From positions 44,768 to 108,767 of the forward strand of contig JAFMGZ010000002.1 in assembly GCA_017854855.1 (NCBI GenBank): a stretch of DNA of 64,000 nt, written 5' to 3'. The translations under genes and the position numbers were made by a program. The notes below the pieces were generated by a model, which was not told the DNA's origin, did no database searches, and saw nothing but the letters and a program-made list of their open reading frames with translations. Position 1 is the first letter of the stretch. Each line of letters opens with the position of its first letter. The stretch is from Sulfitobacter sp. Lineage in GTDB: Bacteria > Pseudomonadota > Alphaproteobacteria > Rhodobacterales > Rhodobacteraceae. Positions 57,584 to 64,000 of the stretch are shown piece by piece.

Positions 57584-57979
57584 CTACCCCTCCAGAAAGG
57601 CCGCATCAAAGGCCCCCGGCAACAGCTCTGCCAAGGTCGTATGCTGCTCTGTTCCTGCTGTCGTGGCCAGCGTCACCGGCACATCACCTTTGCCAAATTC
57701 GGCCAGTTTCTGACGGCACCCGCCACAGGGCGGCACCGGAACCGCGCTGCCCGCGATCACATAGGCCTCGATCAGCGCCGTCTCACCGGCCGCAACCATG
57801 GCCGCAATGGCCCCCGCCTCGGCACAGGTCCCTTCGGGATAGGCTGCGTTTTCCACGTTGCATCCCGTGTATATCGCGCCAGAGGCCCCCCGAATGGCAG
57901 CCCCCACCTTGAATTTCGAATAGGGCGCATAGGCGCGTTCGCGCACAGATGCTGCCGGCTGTCTTAGATCACTGCTCAT
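57584..57979 (-). CDS. cdd: cytidine deaminase
   Basis: …CAEAGAI… and …PCGGCRQ… zinc-ligand motifs. 131 aa. First gene of cdd-deoA-deoB. Confidence 0.9.
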   Translation of the reverse strand: MSSDLRQPAASVRERAYAPYSKFKVGAAIRGASGAIYTGCNVENAAYPEGTCAEAGAIAAMVAAGETALIEAYVIAGSAVPVPPCGGCRQKLAEFGKGDVPVTLATTAGTEQHTTLAELLPGAFDAAFLEG

Positions 57980-58147
57980 CAGGCCCCCTTGGATAAGAAA
58001 CTATAGGAAATGGAAACGAAAGATTCGAGTGGCAAAAAGCGCCTTGCCTTCCCCGCGCGACATTTTCCCCCTATCCTGATCGGTACCGCCACTCCGCAAG
58101 ACTTGGAACGGGGCCCGTAACAGATGCCCTTGGCGATCCATAATAAG

Positions 58148-58165
58148 TAGTTTAGTGCTAAACTA
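58148..58165. promoter_or_regulatory. perfect palindrome TAGTTTAG-TG-CTAAACTA ~24 nt upstream of the maeB start
   Basis: Read directly. The 8-bp arms are fully complementary. AT-rich in a GC-rich genome. Confidence 0.35.
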
Positions 58166-58188
58166 TATTTCTCAGGGAGCCTCACCAC

Positions 58189-60462
58189 ATGTCCGACAAG
58201 CCTAATCTGCGACAGGCAGCACTTGATTATCACGCTTTCCCAAAACCCGGAAAGCTTGAGATCCGCGCGACCAAACCGCTGGCGAACGGGCGCGACCTTG
58301 CCCGTGCATATTCACCGGGCGTGGCCGAGGCTTGCCTTGAAATCAAGGCTGATCCGACCACAGCCGCGCTCTATACGACACGCTCCAACCTGGTTGGCGT
58401 GGTGACCAATGGCACTGCGGTGCTGGGGCTGGGCAACATCGGCGCGCTGGCCTCAAAACCGGTGATGGAGGGCAAGGCCGTTTTGTTCAAGAAATTCGCG
58501 AACATCGACTGCTTTGACATCGAACTGGATGAACCCGACCCTGAAAAACTGGCAGATATCGTCTGCGCGCTGGCTCCGACCTTTGGGGCCATCAACCTCG
58601 AAGACATCAAGGCACCCGATTGTTTTACCGTTGAACGAATTTGTCGCGAGCGGATGAACATCCCCGTCTTTCACGACGACCAGCATGGCACGGCCATCGT
58701 TGTGGGCGCTGCGGTCACCAATGCCCTGTATGTAACCGGCAAGGCATTTCAGGACATCAAGATCGTCTCGACCGGCGGCGGTGCTGCGGGCATTGCCTGC
58801 CTGAACATGTTGCTCAAACTGGGGGTCAGACGGGAAAACGTCTGGCTGTGCGACATCCACGGGCTGGTCCATGAGGGCCGCGAGGTCGATATGAACCCGA
58901 TCAAATCGGAATATGCCCAGAAAACCGATCTGCGCACGCTGGATGACGTGATCCCTGACGCGGATCTGTTTCTTGGCCTGTCAGGCCCCGGTGTGCTGAC
59001 CCCTGAAATGGTCGCCAAGATGGCCCCCCGCCCGATCATCTTTGCCCTTGCGAACCCAACGCCCGAAATCCTGCCCGATCTGGCCCGCGCAGTGGCCCCC
59101 GATGCCATTATCGCGACCGGGCGGTCAGATTTTCCCAATCAGGTCAACAATGTACTGTGTTTCCCCTTTATCTTCCGGGGCGCGCTTGATGTCGGGGCGA
59201 CGACGATCAACGATGAAATGAAACTGGCCTGTATCGAAGGTATTGCCGCGCTGGCCCGCGCCACCACCTCGGCCGAGGCCGCAGCCGCCTATCAGGGCGA
59301 AGAGATGACCTTTGGTCCCGACTACCTGATCCCCAAACCCTTCGATCCACGCCTGATCGGCGTTGTATCCTCTGCTGTGGCGCAGGCCGCGATGGAAACC
59401 GGCGTGGCAACCCGCCCCCTTGATGATCTTGAGGCTTACAAGGCCAAGCTCGATGGGTCGGTGTTCAAATCGGCCATGGTCATGCGGCCCGTGTTTGAGG
59501 CTGCCCGCGTCTCCCCCCGCCGTCTGGTCTTTGCCGAAGGCGAGGACGAGCGTGTGCTGCGCGCCGCACAGGCCATCATCGAGGAAACCGTTGAAACCCC
59601 CATCCTGATCGGCCGGCCCGATGTAATTCAGCGCCGGATCGAACAGGCGGGGCTGAACCTGCGGCTTGGCGACAATGTCGAACTGGTGAACCCCGAAAAC
59701 GATCCGCGCTACCGCGATTACTGGGAAACCTACCACCGGCTGATGTGCCGTCGGGGGGTATCACCCGACATCGCCAAGGCGATCATGCGCACCAATACCA
59801 CGGCCATCGGCGCGGTCATGGTCCACCGGGGCGAAGCCGACAGCCTGATCTGCGGCACCTTCGGTGAATTCCGCTGGCATCTCAACTATGTCGAACAAGT
59901 CCTGAGCCGCGAAGGGCGTCACCCCCAAGGGGCCTTGTCGATGATGATCCTTGAGGACGGTCCGCTGTTTATCGCGGACACGCAGGTTCACCTGCACCCG
60001 ACCCCCGAACAGATTGCCGAAATCGCACGCGGTGCCGCCCGCCATGTCCGCCGCTTTGGCATAGAACCAAAGGTCGCGTTCTGCTCACAAAGCCAGTTCG
60101 GCAATCAGGGCGACGGCACTGGCGGGCGGCTGCGCAAGGCAATCAGAATGCTGGACGCAGAAGGCGCTGATTTCAGCTATGAGGGCGAAATGAACATCGA
60201 CACCGCCCTCGACCCTGAGCTGCGCGAACGTCTGCTGCCCGGCAACCGCATGCAGGGTGCCGCGAATATTCTGGTCTTCGCCCATGCCGATGCAGCCTCG
60301 GGCGTGCGCAACATTCTGAAAATGAAAGGCGGCGGCCTTGAAGTAGGCCCCATCCTGATGGGCATGGGCAACTCCGCGCATATCGTCTCGCCTTCGATCA
60401 CGGCGCGGGGGCTTTTGAACGTCGGTGCTATCGCAGGCACCCCCGTGGCCCACTACGGCTGA
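58189..60462 (+). CDS. maeB: NADP-dependent malic enzyme (malic enzyme fused to a phosphotransacetylase-like domain)
   Basis: …[13 protein letters not shown]…, …[14 protein letters not shown]…[11 protein letters not shown]…, …FHDDQHGTA…. ~330-aa C-terminal PTA-like domain. 757 aa. Confidence 0.93.
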   Translation: MSDKPNLRQAALDYHAFPKPGKLEIRATKPLANGRDLARAYSPGVAEACLEIKADPTTAALYTTRSNLVGVVTNGTAVLGLGNIGALASKPVMEGKAVLFKKFANIDCFDIELDEPDPEKLADIVCALAPTFGAINLEDIKAPDCFTVERICRERMNIPVFHDDQHGTAIVVGAAVTNALYVTGKAFQDIKIVSTGGGAAGIACLNMLLKLGVRRENVWLCDIHGLVHEGREVDMNPIKSEYAQKTDLRTLDDVIPDADLFLGLSGPGVLTPEMVAKMAPRPIIFALANPTPEILPDLARAVAPDAIIATGRSDFPNQVNNVLCFPFIFRGALDVGATTINDEMKLACIEGIAALARATTSAEAAAAYQGEEMTFGPDYLIPKPFDPRLIGVVSSAVAQAAMETGVATRPLDDLEAYKAKLDGSVFKSAMVMRPVFEAARVSPRRLVFAEGEDERVLRAAQAIIEETVETPILIGRPDVIQRRIEQAGLNLRLGDNVELVNPENDPRYRDYWETYHRLMCRRGVSPDIAKAIMRTNTTAIGAVMVHRGEADSLICGTFGEFRWHLNYVEQVLSREGRHPQGALSMMILEDGPLFIADTQVHLHPTPEQIAEIARGAARHVRRFGIEPKVAFCSQSQFGNQGDGTGGRLRKAIRMLDAEGADFSYEGEMNIDTALDPELRERLLPGNRMQGAANILVFAHADAASGVRNILKMKGGGLEVGPILMGMGNSAHIVSPSITARGLLNVGAIAGTPVAHYG

Positions 60463-60480
60463 ACCGCCCCTCAAACGGCA

Positions 60481-60517
60481 AACGCCGCCCCGACGTAATC
60501 GGGGCGGCGTTTTGATG
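60481..60517 (+). terminator. rho-independent terminator after maeB (possibly bidirectional with the MipA-like gene)
   Basis: AACGCCGCCCCG-acgtaat-CGGGGCGGCGTT, a perfect 12-bp stem, followed by TTGATG. Confidence 0.8.
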
Positions 60518-60579
60518 TCTGATCTCGGGCCGGGTCATCGCCGACCAGTGGCACCCAATTTCAGGGGAACACTGACCCT

Positions 60580-61362
60580 TTAGAAACGCAAGGTAAACGC
60601 ACGGGTCAGGCCAATCGACACCCGCCACTGATCTGGCGAACCGGACATGGTGATGGGGCTGTCTGCCGCATCGTTTTGCAGTCGCTCATAGCTCAGCATC
60701 CCGTCAAGCGCCCAGTCATCGGTCAGCGCATAGCTGGCCTGCATCTGGATACCAGCCCCCAGCACGCCACCCGACGCCTGATAGGCCCCGAAACGTGACG
60801 CAGCAGCCTCTGCCGCGCTCACGCCGAAATAGGTTGCGGCAAATGTGTCATTGCCCAGATTGATCCGCGGACCCGCCGTCAGCGTCAGCCGGTCATTGGG
60901 CCGAAAGATCACGTCAGCGCCCAGGGTTCCGGTCACGCCCTCATGGCCGCCAAAACCGCGCCGCACTTCGCCAAAGGCCTGCCAGTTGCTCTGGCGGTAG
61001 ACCAGCCCAAAGCCCAGCTCGACGGCGGTGTCGATATCGGCCAGCCCCGCCAATTCCGGATTGTCGGCAACATCACGCGACCCGATCACCTTGAACGCAC
61101 CGCGCAGCGCCAGACCGTTCCGGGGTGTTGCCCCCACACCATTGCCGATGTTGACCTTGCCCCATTTCAGGGAACCAAAGGTGAAGCCCGCATCAGGGGC
61201 GGCACGGTAGCTGTCCGCACCCGGATAGGACGGGATCGCGGCAACGCCGCCGGTCAGGGCAAAGTTGAACGAACGCTCCTGTGCCGCCGCAGGCAGGGCC
61301 GCCGCCAGTGTTGCAGCAAGTGTCGTGGCAAGGGAAACAACGATGGCGGATGTGGTGCGCAT
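60580..61362 (-). CDS. MipA/OmpV-family outer-membrane protein
   Basis: Signal peptide ending …ALPAAAQE. Alternating beta-strand pattern. Terminal …TRAFTLRF (C-terminal Phe). Start re-picked at the ATG at 61362 with a GGAG RBS. Confidence 0.8.
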   Translation of the reverse strand: MRTTSAIVVSLATTLAATLAAALPAAAQERSFNFALTGGVAAIPSYPGADSYRAAPDAGFTFGSLKWGKVNIGNGVGATPRNGLALRGAFKVIGSRDVADNPELAGLADIDTAVELGFGLVYRQSNWQAFGEVRRGFGGHEGVTGTLGADVIFRPNDRLTLTAGPRINLGNDTFAATYFGVSAAEAAASRFGAYQASGGVLGAGIQMQASYALTDDWALDGMLSYERLQNDAADSPITMSGSPDQWRVSIGLTRAFTLRF

Positions 61363-61579
61363 GAAAATGCTCCAGAAAAGGATTACGTCTTGACCCGCAC
61401 ATAGCACGATCCCGCCCATTGAACAGATGGCACGTTCAGCCATCGTGTAAAAAACTGGACTACCGGCCAATAAATCAGCAAAGTTTCTGACGCAGGATTG
61501 CTGGAAAGCCCTCACTGGGCTTGCCCCCCGCCCGCCCTCTGCTTACCAACATAATGGTAAAGATCGAGGAGGACAGACC

Positions 61580-63472
61580 ATGGGCTATCGCGAGACCTAT
61601 CAAAACTGGCAAAATGACCCCGAGGCCTTTTGGCTCAAGCAGGCAGAAGCGATCGACTGGACCGTTCCTCCGACCAAGGCGCTGACAGATCACGGCGACA
61701 ACCTGTATGAATGGTTCGAAGATGGCATGGTCAACGGCTGCTACAACGCGCTGGACCGTCACGTCGAACGCGGGCGCGGCAATCAGGTGGCCATCATCTA
61801 TGACAGCCCGATCACCGGCAAAAAAGAAAAGATCACCTACGCCAAGCTGACAGACCGCGTGGCCAACCTTGCCGGGGCGCTGGCCTCGCAGGGGATCGAA
61901 AAAGGCGACACCGTCATCATTTACATGCCGATGATTCCCCAGGCGATAGAGGCGATGTTGGCCTGCGCCCGTCTGGGTGCCATCCATTCCGTGGTCTTTG
62001 GCGGCTTTGCGGCCAATGAACTGGCCGTGCGGATCGACGATTGCAAGCCAAAGGCCATCATCGCCGCCTCCTGCGGGTTGGAACCGGGCCGCGTGGTGCA
62101 ATACAAGCCGCTGCTCGACGGCGCATTGCAGATGTCCAAACATCTGCCCGATTTCTGCATGATCTATCAGCGCGAAGAACACCGCTGCGAGATGATAGAG
62201 GGCCGCGATATCGACTGGCACGAGGCCCAAAAGGGCGGCATGCCCGCCGCCTGTATCCCCGTCGAAGGCAACTTTCCCGCCTATATCCTGTACACCTCTG
62301 GCACCACCGGCGCGCCCAAAGGCGTCGTGCGCCCCACGGGGGGCCATCTGGTCGCGCTCAACTGGACGATGAAGAACATCTACAACGTCGATCCCGGCGA
62401 CGTTTTCTGGGCCGCCTCCGATGTGGGCTGGGTCGTGGGCCATTCCTACATCTGCTACGCGCCTCTGATCCACGGCAACACCACCGTCCTGTTCGAGGGC
62501 AAACCCATCGGCACGCCGGATGCCGGCACTTTCTGGCGCATCATCCAGGAACATAACGTGCGCAGCTTTTTCACCGCACCGACCGCCATCCGCGCCGTCA
62601 AACGCGAAGACCCCAAGGGCGAATTCCGCGCGAAATATGACCTGTCATGCCTGCGCGCGCTTTATCTGGCCGGCGAACGGGCAGACCCTGACACGATCGA
62701 ATGGGCGCAGGATATCCTGGATGTGCCGGTCTATGACCATTGGTGGCAGACCGAAACCGGCTATACCATCGCAGGCAATCCCGCAGGGCTTGAGGCGCTG
62801 CCCGTCAAGATCGGCTCTCCCACCGTGCCGATGCCCGGCTACGACGTCCATATTCTGGACGAGGCCGGCCATCCCCAAAAACCCGGCGAACTGGGGGCCA
62901 TTGCCATCAAACTGCCCCTGCCCCCCGGCACATTGCCCACCCTGTGGAACGCAACGGACCGTTTCATCAAATCCTACCTCACCACTTTTCCCGGTTACTA
63001 TGAAACCGGCGATGCGGGCATGATGGACGAGGACGGCTATCTTTACATCATGGCCCGCACCGATGACGTGATCAACGTGGCAGGCCACCGCCTGTCCACC
63101 GGTGCCATGGAAGAAGTGCTGGCCGGTCACCCCGATGTCGCCGAATGCGCCGTGATCGGGGTTGGCGATGCGCTCAAGGGGCAATCGCCCATGGGCTTTG
63201 TCTGTCTGACCAAGGGCGTGAACCGCCCCCACGAGGAGATCATGCGCGAATGCGTCCAGCGCATCCGCGACCAGATCGGCCCCGTGGCGGCCTATAAGAT
63301 GACGCTAGTGGTGGACCGCCTGCCCAAAACCCGGTCAGGCAAGATTTTGCGCGCAACCATGGTAAAGATCGCCGATGGCGAGCCCTTCAAGATGCCCGCC
63401 ACCATCGACGATCCCGCCATCCTGGACGAAATCAAGACAGCGCTGCAAACGATCGGCTATGCTCAGGACTGA
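61580..63472 (+). CDS. prpE: propionate--CoA ligase (acetyl/propionyl-CoA synthetase family)
   Basis: N-terminal …YQNWQNDPEAFW…, …YTSGTTGAPKGV…, …WWQTETG…, …YETGDAG…, …PKTRSGKILR…. GAGGAGG RBS. Confidence 0.88.
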   Translation: MGYRETYQNWQNDPEAFWLKQAEAIDWTVPPTKALTDHGDNLYEWFEDGMVNGCYNALDRHVERGRGNQVAIIYDSPITGKKEKITYAKLTDRVANLAGALASQGIEKGDTVIIYMPMIPQAIEAMLACARLGAIHSVVFGGFAANELAVRIDDCKPKAIIAASCGLEPGRVVQYKPLLDGALQMSKHLPDFCMIYQREEHRCEMIEGRDIDWHEAQKGGMPAACIPVEGNFPAYILYTSGTTGAPKGVVRPTGGHLVALNWTMKNIYNVDPGDVFWAASDVGWVVGHSYICYAPLIHGNTTVLFEGKPIGTPDAGTFWRIIQEHNVRSFFTAPTAIRAVKREDPKGEFRAKYDLSCLRALYLAGERADPDTIEWAQDILDVPVYDHWWQTETGYTIAGNPAGLEALPVKIGSPTVPMPGYDVHILDEAGHPQKPGELGAIAIKLPLPPGTLPTLWNATDRFIKSYLTTFPGYYETGDAGMMDEDGYLYIMARTDDVINVAGHRLSTGAMEEVLAGHPDVAECAVIGVGDALKGQSPMGFVCLTKGVNRPHEEIMRECVQRIRDQIGPVAAYKMTLVVDRLPKTRSGKILRATMVKIADGEPFKMPATIDDPAILDEIKTALQTIGYAQD

Positions 63473-63507
63473 CCGCGCCTGAAACCCTGCAACCGAAAGA
63501 GGAAACC

Positions 63508-64000
63508 ATGGCTGCCCCATCACTTGAAAATTGGGAAATGACGGCAGCGCTCAAGGACCTCACCGATTGGCTGATCCGTCAGGGGCTCGAAGACACGCCC
63601 GTCGAAACCTGGCTTGAGGCCTGCTGCAACAAACTGGTCGCAGCAGGCATCCCGCTGCAGCGCGTCAACCTGTCCCTGCGCGCCCATCACCCCGAAATCG
63701 GGGCCGTTGCCTTTCGCTGGACGCGCGGCGGGGCAAACGAACGCTTTGACTATCAACGCACAGGCGATGTGGGGGATGAATTTGTCAAAAGCCCGCTGTT
63801 CTATCTGGTGACCAATGACATCCTGGAAATGCGCCAGGATCTGACAGACCCTGATCCGGCAATGAATTTCCCCATCTTTGACGAATTGCGCGAACGTGGC
63901 ACCACCGAATATTATGCGACAAAACGCTACTTTCTGCGCCAGAACCACGCCGCCCCCATCGACCCCGGCAAACCCGAAGAAGGCATGTTGATTTCACTGA
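63508..64000 (+). CDS. 5' part of a gene resembling the N-terminal regulatory region of alphaproteobacterial class III adenylate/guanylate cyclases (runs off the right edge)
   Basis: Not in the ORF track because there is no stop in the window. ATG at 63508 is preceded by AAGAGGA. Translation: MAAPSLENWEMTAALKDLTDWLIRQGLEDTPVETWLEACCNKLVAAGIPLQRVNLSLRAHHPEIGAVAFRWTRGG…. The family call rests on my recollection of that N-terminal pattern only; the catalytic domain is not in the window. Confidence 0.45.
   Translation, partial: MAAPSLENWEMTAALKDLTDWLIRQGLEDTPVETWLEACCNKLVAAGIPLQRVNLSLRAHHPEIGAVAFRWTRGGANERFDYQRTGDVGDEFVKSPLFYLVTNDILEMRQDLTDPDPAMNFPIFDELRERGTTEYYATKRYFLRQNHAAPIDPGKPEEGMLISL

Noticed and set aside
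1-64000. Searched for CRISPR arrays, tRNA/rRNA genes, IS elements, toxin-antitoxin pairs and known defence-system signatures
   Set aside because: I found no regularly spaced direct repeats and no tRNA-like cloverleaf candidates in the intergenic gaps. I also saw no transposase, integrase, nuclease or helicase/ATPase clusters of the kind that mark defence islands. The window reads as core chromosome.

Overview
High-GC (~60%) alphaproteobacterial chromosome segment. Gene content and synteny suggest a Rhodobacteraceae/roseobacter-type genome; this is inference from irr-fabA-fabB-fabI, a Hint-domain protein and pcaDCB, not a database hit. I count about 64 protein-coding genes. I saw no rRNA, tRNA, CRISPR array, transposase or integrase. 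Gene blocks, left to right: (1) miaB ... phoH-ybeY-corC-lnt, with an inserted lipoprotein/OmpA-like pair. (2) A hypothetical gene, then a single strongly low-GC Lys-rich orphan gene, a PhyH-family dioxygenase and irr. (3) fabA-fabB-fabI. (4) THUMP methyltransferase, FKBP-type PPIase, and a haloacid dehalogenase / alpha-beta hydrolase / PLP-dehydratase operon. (5) pcaD-pcaC-pcaB plus an MFS transporter, a Zn-ADH and an enolase-superfamily enzyme. (6) Fused TPP E1 - gcdH, divergent from a LysR regulator. (7) SRAP peptidase, MFS transporter, 5'-nucleotidase. (8) An overlapping DUF952-DUF1330-pyrD-arsC-like chain. (9) MATE plus two PaaI thioesterases, divergent from a MerR. Then a second MerR and a beta-oxidation cluster: two acyl-CoA dehydrogenases, GST, thiolase and fadB, with two small embedded ORFs. 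(10) Hint-domain protein, sulfotransferase, DMT transporter. (11) Acyl-CoA ligase, GNAT, membrane protein plus SGNH hydrolase, SPOR protein. (12) upp and cdd-deoA-deoB. (13) maeB, MipA-like OMP, prpE and the start of a cyclase-like gene. Most of the window is ordinary core or catabolic chromosome. I do not see a convincing multi-gene novel system such as a defence island. The signals most worth a second look are: a ~1 kb low-GC orphan gene with a glycine-zipper segment; a six-copy, apparently unclassified intergenic repeat family (core CTCTTTTTGGC) at gene boundaries; a 26-bp perfect inverted repeat inside the beta-oxidation cluster; twin MerR paralogs flanking an array of ACGT-core sites; and small ORFs translationally embedded in the fad operon. 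All product calls rest on motif and family recognition by eye. Start codons were re-picked by hand where the ORF track looked over-extended, and they are approximate.
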